64,000 nucleotides of DNA from Octopus sinensis (GCF_006345805.1 NC_043008.1:13454001-13518000), one strand, 5' to 3'. Counted from the stretch's first letter, positions 37,513 through 50,616 are shown. Notes: generated from the sequence alone by a model not told the origin. Made by a program: numbers and translations.

Positions 37513-38402
37513 TACGCGCTGGTATCAGCAAGTTGCAGGACGAGGTATGTTTAATAAAAAATAACTTATCTACTTAAGTTTCAACATCACCTCTTCCGAA
37601 ATAGTCATCTTGTACAGCAATAGACCGGTCCCCACGTTCCTGGCATTTTTTTTGAAATCATGCCTGGACGTCGTTTACCGTAATTGAGTCGAGGACCTTC
37701 AACGATTCCCACTTGATCTCGACAACGGTGTTAAAACGGTGACCGTTGAGCTGCATTTTCATCTTGAGGAAGAAATGGAAGTCCACAGGAGCTACGTCTG
37801 GCGAATGGGACGGGTGCAGAAGCGATACCAGGTTGTCTGGCGAGAAACTCAAGGTGGCAGGGTGCATTGTCTTCGTGAAGGATCCAGTACTTCGCTCTCC
37901 ACACATCCGGGTGATTTCGCCATATGTTCTCCCTCAAACGCTTCAAAACGTCACAGTAGAACTTTAGATTGACGCTGTAGCCCTGGAGGACAGATTATCA
38001 ATGCACAATACGGACGATGTCGAAAAAAAAAACGATGAGCAAATACTTGACTGAGCTATGGTTCTGTTGTTCAGTTGGTCGTAGAGACGAAGGGCTCTTC
38101 CATTGTCATGACTGCTGATTAGTCTCACACTCGTACCCGTTCGACACTGTAGCAGACTCCCAATGTTTAACGCAAAATTTCACATTGGCTCTTCATTTGT
38201 CTCCATGATATAATCGAAGACTACAGCATACACGTGATCACAAAAACGCAAATTTCACAACTTGCAAAGTAAACACAACAATATAACTCAGCACACTGCT
38301 TCATAAAGGTTACTACCAAGTCTCACTGCGCACGCAACTGTATGCTGCCATCTGTTGGGACGCTACAGCACTATTCCGGCAACTTTTTAATACCAGCTCA
38401 TA
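37513..38402 (-). mobile_element. Internally deleted mariner transposon (890 bp)
   Basis: 28-bp TIRs starting TA (37513-37540 vs 38375-38402, 22 of 28 identical); minus-strand transposase C-terminus WILHEDNAPCH and HPSHSPDVAPVDFHFF (~37600-37970). Confidence 0.9.
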
Positions 38403-38629
38403 TCAGGATCATCTATGTAAAAGGCAAAGATTAGTTATCATCGGTTACCAAAATGTAGAAATTGGCTGAGAATGAATAACGAATCCTGGGACATGTAAAC
38501 ACACCGATACACACATGCACATACAAACACACAAACACAAACACACGCACACATGCACCCACACACATGGACACTCACATGTGTACATATATATATATAA
38601 ATATATATGTACAGAAATAGATATGTACC

Positions 38630-38790
38630 GGCGAAAGGGGTAAGTAGATTACATGGACTCTACGGCTAAACCTGTACTATTTCTATTGATCAAAAATGAT
38701 GAAATATAAAGTCAAATCAGAAAGTAAAGATGGACGTAATGCCGCTTGGCATTTTGTCCGGCGTGATACGGATTCTTCCAGCACCCCGCC
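38630..38790 (-). mobile_element. SINE family B, highly diverged
   Basis: Remnant GATGAAA..AAAGTC...GTAAAGATGGACG.AATGCCGC..GGCATTTTG.CCGGCGTG. Confidence 0.5.
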
Positions 38791-39066
38791 TCAGATGTAC
38801 GTGTGTGTATTTATGTAGGATCATATGTATATGTATATGATATATGTATGTGTATTTGGTAACATATATATATATATATATGCAGATATAAAAGAATGCA
38901 AATTGGGTCTAAAATTTACTTCAGCTGTTTCGGTTGCATTTTACGGATGAACTCAAAGGTTACATCATAGCATAACTCCTAGATACACCTAGATTTTGAT
39001 GAATCCAGTAGATAATCAATATGTATATATGAATACATACATACATATATACATATATATATGTAT

Positions 39067-39100
<34 letters not shown>

Positions 39101-39840
39101 ACACACACATATATATATAAAACACACACATACGTACATACATATATACATACATGTGTGTGTTTGTGCGTGTCTGAGTTATTGGACACATTCCTGTTTC
39201 TTTCTCGCGCATATCTGAGATGAATTTCAACTACTTTAAGGATAGTGGGGAATGTAACTTTGTGCTAGTATACCAATATTCATTTGACCAAAATGGAATT
39301 TAGTGCAGTCTGTTATAATTAAAACAGACAGTAAATAAAAGGAGTGACTCGTTTGTAAAACATTGTATCCTCCAATGGGAAAGGTGCAAGTGCGAATGTG
39401 TTTATACGTAGATTGCACTTGATACAAAGAATGGTGAAATACGAGCTGTAATACAGTGGCATTCTATAGGAACAAACACAAAATACCAAATATCACAACG
39501 TATATTTTTTATTGTTAACGCAATATGAGACGCTAATCTGTCTTCACCCGTATAATTTCACGTTCCTTATTGCGAGTCCGTTTACTGTTATCGACATTTT
39601 GCGTTTGGTGCTTTTAGGTTCAGTTGAAGCCATCCATCATTTCTATCATTTCCATCATTTCTATTACAGTAATATTCGAGGGCACCCATGCGAAGGAAAA
39701 TCACGTAGATAATACGTCTCTGTATGCTATCTAATATACTAACAAAAGTTCCTGTTGATTTACAACTGAACCGTTAAATATATATTGGGACACAAGCAAT
39801 AGTATTTAGCAAATAATAACATAGATGGTAATTAGTAATA

Positions 39841-39907
39841 CATATGGCTTAGTGTTAAGAGCACGTGCTACTAACCCCAAGATTCCGTGTTCGATTCCAG
39901 GCAGTGA

Positions 39908-39943
<36 letters not shown>

Positions 39944-40085
39944 CATCGAAAAATACCTTAGGAATGAGAACTCAGGTTCGAAATTTCCCCAAGACACCTG
40001 ATGAAGGCTGAAGGGTATATCAGCCGAAACGTTGTGTCAGCAAGAAACAAGATGAGGACAAATATCCGTCAAATTTAAATACTAT
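39841..40085 (+). mobile_element. tRNA-headed SINE carrying a hammerhead motif
   Basis: A box TGGCTTAGTGTT (39845-39856), B box GTTCGATTCC (39889-39898), (AAT)n, then the HHR-containing tail also seen at 24398. Confidence 0.75.
39993..40038 (+). ncRNA. Minimal type I hammerhead ribozyme motif
   Basis: GACAC-CUGAUGA (39998-40004)-A-GGCUG aaggguauau CAGCC-GAAA-C-GUU-GUGUC; stem III reduced to the palindrome ACGU; predicted cut after 40033. Confidence 0.65.
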
Positions 40086-40232
40086 CAATAAGGAACCTAC
40101 AAGATGTTTCATATAAAAAATTTCTTCGGTTGTAATTTGTTTCAAAATCGTTGAATTCGCTTACTTTCCCGCCCTAAAATTATGATTAAGTTAATCATAG
40201 TCTTGACGACAATCAAACTGTTCAGATTCACA

Positions 40233-40498
40233 GGGACGTAAACACACCAGCATCGGTTGTCAAGCAATGCTAGGGAGACAAAAACAGACACACAAACACA
40301 TACACACACATACATATCTACATATACATATATACGACAGGCTTCTTTCAGTTTCCGTCTGCCAAATCCACTCACAAGGCATTGGTCGGCCCGGGGCTAT
40401 AGCAGAATACACTTGCCCAAGATGCCACGCAGTGAGACTGAACACGGAACCATGTGGTTGGTTGGCAAGCTACTTACCACACAGCCACTTCTGCGCCT
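40233..40498 (-). mobile_element. SINE family A, 3'-truncated
   Basis: Head 40335-40498 plus partial tail. Confidence 0.88.
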
Positions 40499-41047
40499 AT
40501 TATTTTTTATTCTGTTATTTTTTTATTCTAAAAATACTCAAGCCAATGTTTATTTTTTTGCCCCTATTTTGTAGCAAATTTATTTCACCCTGATATATCT
40601 AACTAATGGGTGTCATCAGTAAGCCTCTTTGTGCGCCGTCACGCTAGTTCAACAATAAAACAAGCAGTAACTGTTTGGAGGGAGAAAAAGGAGAAAATTA
40701 ATGGAGAAATTAAACCATTTAAAATACAATTCGCCCTGAAATAGTGCAGCACGCATGAAATGATTACATAGCCGAAAGTGTTAATTGAATATAACACGTT
40801 TCAATGTTTGCCAATAGTAATTTCCATTGAAATTCATACTGAAATATCATAATGTTATTATCTTAATGGTTTCAATTTTTAAACTGCGGCTGTGCTGAAG
40901 TATTACTTTCAAGGAAATAATCGATTATAAAGACACCCATAACCACATCTTTATCTGGTACGGATTTTGTAGAAATTGGTCAAACGTTTAACATTTCGTG
41001 ATAAATAGACACCCTAATTTTTTCGGTATTTGCTATCCGACACACAG

Positions 41048-41053
41048 CTATAC
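41048..41053 (+). other. Candidate 6-nt microexon (CTATAC)
   Basis: CTAAT branch-like motif (~41014), T-tract, TGC at -17, CAG acceptor (41045-41047), GTAAGT donor (41054-41059); frame-preserving; host gene unknown. Confidence 0.35.
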
Positions 41054-41344
41054 GTAAGTATTTTTAACACAGACATGTTAAATACATCTATACATATATA
41101 CAGTGAAATTTATATATAATCACTGCCCAAAACCCGACGAATGATTGGCCAATGCTGCTAAATAGAAAACATCAAGAAAAGATTTAATAAGTCGTCATTG
41201 TAATGAAAATCATATATTTTAAACATCTTGATTGTCTTGCCTAGAACATAATGTGTTGTTTAGAAGAAATCACATTGAATTTAGACCACAAGTAAGTGAA
41301 TTAGAGACAGAATAGCATTTTGGAATATTTCCATTTTTAACTCT

Positions 41345-41604
41345 TTTACTCTTTTACTTTTTTCTTTCAGTCATTTGACTGTGGCCATGTTGGAGCGCCG
41401 CCTTTAGTCGGGCGAATCGACCCCAGGACTTATTCTTTGTACGCCTAGTACTTGTTCTATCGGTCTTTTTTGCCGAACCGTTACATTTCGGGGACGTAAA
41501 CACACCGGCATCAGTTGTCAAGCGATGTTGGAGGAACACAGACACACAAACATATGCACAGACACGCACGCACCCCCCCCAATATATATATATATATATA
41601 TGTG

Positions 41605-41642
<38 letters not shown>

Positions 41643-41809
41643 CGTGTGACGGGCTTCTTTCAGTTTCCGTCCACCAAATCCACCCACAAGGCTTTGGTCG
41701 GCCCGAGGCTATAGTAGAAGACACTTGCCCAAGGTACCATGCAGTGGAACTGAACCCCGAACCATGTGGCTGGTAAGCAAGCTATTTACCACACAGCTAC
41801 TCCTACGCG
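41345..41809 (-). mobile_element. Full-length SINE family A
   Basis: Tail, central (TA)(TG) tract and head all present. Confidence 0.92.
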
Positions 41810-42323
41810 TATATTCTATGCATATAACCGGTCCGGCGGAGCTACGGGTTGATGGCAGTAGCGATGTCAATTTTACAGGAATCATACTATTTATGATTAA
41901 ATGTAACAGTCATATTGGTTTAATGGAAGTCGTCTATACTGCAGCGCTTAGCTATGGAGTGACTTAATTTGAACAATATTTGCTCCAGTATATTTTAACC
42001 GCAACCTCTAACGCAGAAATGGGGGTTCACTTTAGCTTTCTTTTATCACCTGAGATCGTCTTGATTTGTTTCAATGCACCAGGTAAAATACACGAGTTAA
42101 ATATGCTCCCGTGGATAGCCTACGTATATGATAGTTGTGTTGATGTCATTATCGGAGTATTGATTTCGGTGTTAGGCAAGATTGTGTGAGCAAAATTCGA
42201 CATAAGTGAAAATAGTTTCCAAATCCGGTATGCATGTCGCTAATTTGGTGTATTTGCCGAAGAAGGAAGGAAAAACACATCTGCAGATCTTTGCATAGCT
42301 GCTAGGTGAAACGTTCAAAGTGT

Positions 42324-42586
42324 GGCGAGCTGGCAGAAACGTTAGCACGCCGGGCGAAATACCTAGCGGTATTTCGTCTGTCTTTACGTTCTGAGTTCAA
42401 ATTCCGCCGAGGTCGACTTTGCCTTTCATCCCTTTGGGGTCGATTAAATACGTACCAGTTACACACTGGGGTCGATGTAATCGACTTAATCCGTTTGTCT
42501 CTCCTTGTTTGTCCCTTCTGTGTTCAGCCCCTTGTGGGTAATAAACGAAATAGGTATTAGGTCTGCCCTTGTGGGTAGTAAAGAAA
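42324..42586 (+). mobile_element. SINE family B with 17-bp target-site duplication
   Basis: TAGGTGAAACGTTCAAA at 42303-42319 and 42587-42603. Confidence 0.92.
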
Positions 42587-43601
42587 TAGGTGAAACGTTC
42601 AAAAGAATTTTCACTGACCCTTTTCCCTTTTATGTCTCTTTCACGGTCGTCAATACGCATAGGTGTCAGCTTTACGTAAAGGCGCAAAATGCATATATAG
42701 ACAAGGTTGTGTACATGCACTTACGTAGGCATGCAAATATGTACGTGTGCGTATGTATATGGAAGTTTTTATATATATTTCATTTCGGTCATTCTATAGT
42801 TGCGTTAATTTATATCGAACGTACAATGCAGATGAACTGCCTGTGAATTTTGGGTGAAATATAGGATATTTATTTTACTTAATACTTTACATATCTAATC
42901 TTAATTTCATTTCCTCTGAACATAACAGAATGTGATTTTCCATAAAAATCTTTCAATGGCATTATTCGCTATTTATGGACTTCTTCACGAATTCATAGAA
43001 CGGTAGTTTCTTCCTTTATATGGAAACGTTTCTCTTCCATGTTTGCACATCATTATTATATTACTGTGTCTATTCTTATTGTTATGAAGAGATACGTAGG
43101 CTGGACGTATTGCCTATTTTTTTCCATCTCCCGGTTCTTCTTGTTGCGAAAGGATGCTGTATTCTGCATATATTAAAAAAAGTATCTCCCCTTCGTATTT
43201 TAATTTCTTTATATATTTCCTCATAAATATTCATATTAAGTGTAATCTAATTCATTAAGTTGCAGTTTGGATATATATTTCATTTGGTCACTATTTGTAG
43301 CTATAAATACACTTTCAATACAGACAGTCATTTAATATATATTTGCGTTACATTAAATAACAGAAATCGAATCCTCCACTGCGTGTTTATGCGAACGTTA
43401 AATGTTGTAGGCGTCCTGAAATTATAGGCATATTTATATATACACAAATATGTGGGTGTATATATAAATGTATGTTTGTCTCCGTTACACCTGTTTATAT
43501 GTGCACGGGCATGTGTGTGTGAATAAGTTAGACTAACTAAATAAACATAAGTTCAAGATATATACAATACGATAATCTTTCTCTCTCCCTCTCTCTCTCT
43601 C

Positions 43602-43695
<94 letters not shown>

Positions 43696-44588
43696 GTAAA
43701 AGAATACAAACTGGGACAAGAACGCAAAACATTTAGAAGACGATATAAAAAACACGGACGGGACATTCGAAGCCTTCCATCTTCAGTCAAGAACCGGATC
43801 ATCCTCGCAATTTCGGCTGATTAATCTTGAGATTGCTCCGACCTGGCCAGCCCCAAAGGAAAAATCTAAGCCAAGCGCATTAGATTCCTTGGAAGAAAGC
43901 CCCGAATGTATACAAAACAAGGACGGAAAAACGGACGTGTTACACGAATAAGAATACAAAAATACGAATATATATATATATATATATACCTGTAATATCT
44001 GTGCATGTGTGTCTTTGTGGCTGTGTTGCTCCTCCTATCACCGCTTAACAACCGGTGGTCGTATGTTTATGATCCCATAGCAAATATTTGCTTAGGTTTC
44101 TTGATGTAAAATCCGGATGCCAAGTGATAGTAGTCATTAAAACCTCTAGGACACTAATAGTCTATATTCCCCAACCACTTTAACTTCAACATGAATAATT
44201 TTTGACATTTGTTCTAACTCTTCCTATATCTATAAATAGGAAAAATTATTTGTCTCCATCCAACAGAAAAATCTCTCCCTCCCCACAAATTGAACTAAAT
44301 AACTAAGGGAAAAATCTACAGTCAGAGAGTAAATTTTAATATTATCATATTCTTAAGAATCGAATCAACCTCTCTGTCTGTATATCTACACTCTTTATAC
44401 TGTTGGCAAACGAAATGGAAATAAGAATATGTATTGTCCGTTTGATGGAAGACTTCTATAAATGGCTGAAGATTGCTCAACATTTTAAAGCTGATGTAAT
44501 ACTTACAATACTTAATAAAATGAGTAGCATGAAAAGGTTGTACCAAATTATCTAAGATATACTTTTTGCTTATTTTGAGTATATATAT

Positions 44589-44699
<111 letters not shown>

Positions 44700-44844
44700 A
44701 GTAGGTGAATGAATTATCCTATGTTTATCGTCAGCATGGAAATTCGTTTAACCGAAACCTGGGTAGCAAACATGTGTCGAGAGTAAAGGAATTTTGTTAA
44801 CATCTTCGTTCGACTCCATTCTTTCATTTATTCATATATATTTA

Positions 44845-45406
44845 TAATTAATCAATATAGGGTGGCAAAAAATTTTGTAGAATTGTTTTGCCACCAGCGG
44901 CCTAGTGGGAAAAAATTAAATAGTCATAGACCATTTTTAAGTTCAACATCACAATCAATGAACGGCCATAAAAGGCCATTCACCCACTAGAAATAACAGC
45001 CAAAAGCTTCAACCGCAAAATAACATTTTCTGGTTAATTCCGTAAGGGAATCGGCGGCTTATATTTATTTGCTGCCGATAAATTTGGCGCGAGTGCGATG
45101 ATTTGAAAATTTTAGGTCAGATATTGCCGAGGCAGAGACGGAAATGCCTCGTGAAAATATCTGTTCCGACTTGGCTATTTCTTACTGATGATTCTAAGGG
45201 CCTATGGAAGATTGGCTTGATTTAATTTAATCAGGTTAGTTTACCATTAAACAGTAGATGAAACGGTGCATCGTATAAGAAATTACAGGGTCAATGTTTT
45301 TTAATTTTCTCCTGGTTTACGGAATTGATGTTATTTTGCGGTTGAAGCTTTTGGCTGTTATTTCTAGTGGGTGAATGGCCTATTATGGCCGTTCCTTGAT
45401 TGTGAT
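44845..45406. repeat. Diverged, rearranged (fold-back) member of the 475-bp HHR repeat family
   Basis: 44845-45025 aligns to the 9225-9390 unit junction; inverted arms 44948-45045 / 45317-45406. Confidence 0.8.
45178..45282 (+). ncRNA. Type I minimal hammerhead ribozyme motif
   Basis: UUUCUUA-CUGAUGA (45185-45191)-U-UCUA...UAGA-U-GAAA-C GGUGCAUC GUA-UAAGAAA; perfect 7-bp stem I; predicted cut after 45275. Confidence 0.75.
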
Positions 45407-46051
45407 ATATATATATATATATACTCAGCTCTATACACAGACGCGTTCTTGATTGAAATAATAAATTCAAGACTTAATAGTGAAAGATATGATAAAACAT
45501 AATCTATCAAATATAGGTTAACTGAGAACAATGAGCATTTTACCACTCTGCTTGGTTAGATGCTTCTCCGACAGAAGGCGTTCCAGGAGAATCTCTTGCG
45601 TATTGTTTACGTGCGCCTAGTTAATGCGAACACTTCCTTTAAAATGCTAATTTGCTGATACGGTTTAAGAAAACAAAGGCAGATTACGAATTGGATGCGG
45701 GCTTGTTAAATATTCGACACAGGATTCTTACTACAGAATCCGCTGAAGTGATGAATTGCTCTCACTTTGGTAGTTAGTCTCTTTTTAATCACTTTGTATC
45801 GGAAATATTAACTCGGATGGTATATGGTTAAATAGGATATACATTTAATTGAGAACAACGGTTATATAATAAGCATTCGAAGAATCTTCAGAGACAAAAC
45901 CATTTTATGGAAGGAAATCGATAAAGCTATGTTAGCTTGAATCAGGCTGGCAAGGCGTTTCTTGCCAGTTTAGGTAATTTGGCGTGTTACACCTTTTGTA
46001 ATTAAGGTGTCATTATAATCCATATTTAAAAAAAAAACAAAAACTAATTAG

Positions 46052-46600
46052 CACAGAGCCTATTTTTTTATTCACAAATAATATGTCTGTGGAAAATGTC
46101 TCTGGAAAAATGGAATTAATTTCAATAATTAAGTTAAACCGTGTCTTATTGGATAATGCACATTATACAAAACAAAATGCAAAATCTGAGTTGGAAAGTA
46201 AAGTGAATCCCTTTCCAGGGAAACTAAATAGAATCCGCAGAAATATGTATGTCAATCTCACAGCTTTAATCAACCTAATTAAGACAAGGAAAGTCTTTGT
46301 AACGAAGGTGTCATGATAAAACATATTTACAAAAACAAAAAATAAGTACACAGTCTATTTATACACAAATAACATGTCTATGGAAACTGTCTCGGGAAAA
46401 ATGGAATTAATTTAAATAATTAAGTTAAACCGTGTCTTAGTGGATAATGTACATTATACAAAAGAAAACGCAATTTGAGTTGGACAGTAAAGTGGATCCT
46501 TTTCCAGGGGAACTATACAAAATCCACAGGAAGAATACATGTTAATCTCTGAGTTAGAATCATGGAATCAACGCAATTAAGATAAGGTAAGTTTGTAGAC
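46052..46600. repeat. Diverged tandem duplication (~295-bp period)
   Basis: GGAAAAATGGAATTAATTT.AATAATTAAGTTAAACCGTGTCTTA.TGGATAATG in both copies. Confidence 0.9.
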
Positions 46601-46644
46601 GAAGGATTGCTGTGAATTCGATAAATGTAAGAGACTTCAAAAAT

Positions 46645-47025
46645 ATTTATTTCTTTATTGCCCACAGGGGGCTAAACATAAAGGGGACAAACAAGGACAG
46701 AGAAAGGGATTAAGTCGATTACATCGACCCCACTGCGTAACTGGTACCTATTTAATCGACCCCGAAAGGATGAAAGGCTAGGTCGACGTCGGCTAAAATT
46801 GAACTGAGAACGTAACGGCAGGCGAAATACCTATTTCTTTACTACTCACAATGGGCTAAACACAGAGAGAACAAGCAAGGACAGACAAACGGATTAAGTC
46901 GATTATATCGACCCCAGTGCGTAACCGATACTTATTTAATCGACCCCGAAAGGATGAAGAACTAAGTCGTTCTCGGCGGAATTTGAATTCAGAACATAAC
47001 GGCAGACGAAATACCGCTAAGCATT
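46645..47025 (-). mobile_element. SINE family B, tandem bodies
   Basis: Two consecutive bodies joined at GAAATAC-CTATTTCTTT. Confidence 0.88.
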
Positions 47026-47454
47026 CTGTGTAGCGATTCTGTGTAGCTTAACAATTGGTATATGTTTATGTGTGATGAACAACTGGTATATGTTTATATA
47101 TTGTTGCAGTGTTGAGTGTCAGCTTTGGTTGACAAAATTGTTTACAATGAAATTAAATTGTCGAAGGTAAATAAATGTAATGACGGAATATGATTAATGA
47201 AGGTAAAATTATTAACTGCCGAATGTCGTGTGGGATAAATCGTTATAGTCAATCAAGCCAACACACAAACACAGAAAGACAAATTAGTTTACATACTTAA
47301 GGATATACAAAAGTTGACATTTACTTTCAAAAACATGCAAGGGAAGGGTTCGGTCCATCTGTATCTTTTAGCTTTCACTTAATTCAGTCATTGGACTGCA
47401 GCCATATGGTATCAGCATCTTGAATATCTTAGCCGAACAAATCGAGCCAATTAA

Positions 47455-47612
47455 TCACTTTCATTCTGAGTTCAAATTCCTTTGAGGTCGACTCTGCCTT
47501 TCATCCTTTCGCAGTCAATTAGGTAAGTACCGATTAATCAGCGGGGTTGATGTAATCGACATATCCAGCTACCATGAACATTGCTGGCGTTGTGCCAAAA
47601 TTTGAAACCATT
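47455..47612 (+). mobile_element. SINE family B fragment
   Basis: TTCTGAGTTCAAATTCC..GAGGTCGACT.TGCCTTTCATCCTTTC core. Confidence 0.8.
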
Positions 47613-48221
47613 AGAAATATACTTTACCATTTATATAGGTATTGCTTTTGTACGAATCCTTTTCTCTATCAGAATATATTTCGTTCCCTTGAATTTTTAT
47701 GCATATAATGCAAAGAAGTTCTCTCTTTTTATTCTTTGCTTTCTAATTATATTTCTAAATATATGTTATCAAAATACGATCTACATTCTCTATCCCTCTT
47801 TCTCTTTCGTTCAGTCTGAACACTTGCGTTTGTGTGTGTTCCAAGTTATAAACAAAATGCTAAAGTTTATTAATATATTTGTATTGGATGAATCTCCACA
47901 CACACACCGTTATCAATAACAGCTTTATCAACAATATAAGTTCCTGTCCTATCAACATCAAGTGATGGGAGGCATGTATCTGAGAATTATCTAGTATAGA
48001 TTGTAGATTTTCGTTTGAGAGATGTTAATTTGAATAAACAAGAAGCTTTAGCATCAAAGCGCATTGAACTGGATCATTGAGAACATTAACATACCCATAG
48101 ACACAGCCTGTTACGTATAAATCCCACATAACATAGTTGAATTCTCTTCTTGTACAGCTTAGCTATGAACGAAGTCACTATATCTATGCCCACCTAATTT
48201 TTCAACTCACGGTTTACATTC

Positions 48222-48370
48222 GCCGAGGTCGACTTTGCCTTTCATCCTTTCGGGGTAGATTAAATAAGTACCAGTTACGCACTGGGGTCGATATAATCGA
48301 CTTAATCCGTCTGTCTGTCCTCGTTTGTCTCATCTGTGTTTAGCCCCTTGTGGGTAGTAAAGAAATAGGT
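48222..48370 (+). mobile_element. SINE family B, 5'-truncated
   Basis: CGCCGAGGTCGACTTTGCC...GGGTAGTAAAGAAATAGG. Confidence 0.88.
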
Positions 48371-48785
48371 TTATATTGGCCAATATGACTTTACTTTGTT
48401 TAGAGGTGGTTGAGTGGTATTTGAAGTACATCAAGCTATTACTTCTAGCATAGCGAGAAAATAGGCATAAGCTTCAAATTTCGCTCATCATATCATAAAA
48501 TGGCGTCTTTAAATACCCATGAACAGTGATGGAATGAACATATGCTCTGAACCATTTATGACATACATTTTCTTCATGGCTATTACAGGTAACAACATTG
48601 AACAAAGACATACTGCTGTAATAAAGTCTTGGTATCATCAGCGGAATTCTTATCTCGTATAGATGATCGAGGTAACAAATACATGCAAATAAGTTAAGTA
48701 GTAGAGGTCTCCCTTATAAGCTAATTGGTAAGGTAAAACCTATTGCAAAATCACGATGTAATTCATAATTATATAAACTAATAGA

Positions 48786-49017
48786 AGGCGGCGACCTGGC
48801 AGAAACGTTAGCACGCCGGGCGAGATGCGTAGCCGTATTTCGTCTGCCGTTACGTTCTGAATTCAAATTCCGCCGAGATCGACTTTGCCTTTCATCCTTT
48901 CGGGGTCGATAAATTAAGTACCAGTTTCGCACTGGGGTCGATGTAATCGACTTAATCCATTTGTCTGTCCTTCTTTGTCCCTTCTCTGTTTAGCCCCTTG
49001 TGGGTAATAAAGAAATA
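48786..49017 (+). mobile_element. Full-length SINE family B
   Basis: Complete head and body; AAACTAATAG on both flanks may be a TSD. Confidence 0.92.
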
Positions 49018-50569
49018 TACAGAAACTAATAGTTATGTGATTATATAATTTCGCTGATGCACTCTACACTCTGGGCAAATGCATTTAAAATGAATTGTGG
49101 TATTATGTAATGCTCGAGGTTAGTTATTTCAATAACCGTGTTAACTTCGTTGTTCCTCTGCCCGATATTCTTAAGAGACCAACATGATTCATTACCATTG
49201 ATTTCACTATATTCTCCTGAAGTGATAGAATTAGTTGTAAGAGATCTTCAATATCACATTTGTATAATGACTCAGAGTAATTAGATTACTTAAAATCAGC
49301 TTTATCAGCGAAAAACGAAATAATAATTCTTTAATTACATGGTGTTTCGGAAATTTGCAAGTGGATAGAAATGTCACGATAGCTATTTAAAAGTATAGTG
49401 ACTATGCTAAGGAAAGGAGACAACGAAGAGACCTGTAGGAGAGAACGCAACCTGCTAGAAATAATAATCAATGTACTCTCGAATCAAAGTGTATAACGTT
49501 TTACAAACAAATGGAAGGACGCATTGGTCAACGGAGTTGTATGTGCGAACATTAAACCACAAATAGACAAATTAACCTACTTCACAAAGCGGATCCTATA
49601 CACATTCTTTGCTCATAAACATAGCCATAGATGCGGACTCTACTTCGTTATTCCATATATTGAAAATGGCATCAAAATTTCTTTCGAAATACAAGCTGCA
49701 ACGCATTAAATGCAGATGCCAAAACTACGCATCATCCACATAAAATTGACACTTTATTCCAAATGTTCCTGATTGCTGAAACCGAGACCCCAAGAGCATC
49801 CATCAGTGAAGCTACGCCAACCATGTTCATTTAAGCAGCAAACACTCAAGTATTACTTATATCTAAGAAGACAGAATCGTACTGCTAAGACAGTAAGATT
49901 CCCAACTCTCACTTCAAAAAGTAGGTATCATTATCAACCGAGAGATTCTTTTGGCGAAATTACAACGATAACATTTTATCAAAGACTGGATTGCCTTTTC
50001 ATAGCCGTATGTTTTCTCATATTTTCCTAACTGTTAATAAACTATAAGAATGTAGAAGGACCTCAAAATAATACTGATTCCACGTTTGGGAAGTAGCCAT
50101 TTCTTTGCACTTGAAACACACTGCACTGTATCCAGAGAAAGGTCACCTGAGTACTGTTGTTCAAATAGGCTATCGCCACTCTCTTCTGTTTCTGTCTCTA
50201 CCATAAATGCCTCTAAACCTGGAACTACCCTCTTTCGATTCTCCAACATTTAAACATCTCCTCGCTCTCAAACTCCCAAATCTAATCAATTCATGTGCGT
50301 TTGCCCTTTCAATAGCCCACACTAACAAATATGTCCAGTTCTTTCTCCTTGGAATACCGTCCTCCCGAAATCTTTTCCTAGAACGTTTCTCCCCAGCCTA
50401 TGTGATTGGTATTTAAAGCTTTTTATATAACAAACACAAGCTTCAGTAAGTCTATTGTCGTTCGTATAGAAGAAGGTGGCTCCGTTACGCAAGGTCATCT
50501 ATTTGAAAAATATAGTTAATATGTATAAATATACATACACAAACACACACATATACATATGTGTATCTG

Positions 50570-50616
<47 letters not shown>

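Noticed and set aside
43697-43970. Possible hammerhead on the minus strand (CTGAAGA near 43781-43787)
   Set aside because: No correctly placed downstream GAAA, stem II or NUH could be built; at most an unclassified repeat between (TA)n tracts.
50050-50400. Possible LINE ORF1 zinc-knuckle remnant on the minus strand (VCFKCKEM)
   Set aside because: Only the first half of a CCHC motif is present and the frame is full of stops; too weak to call.
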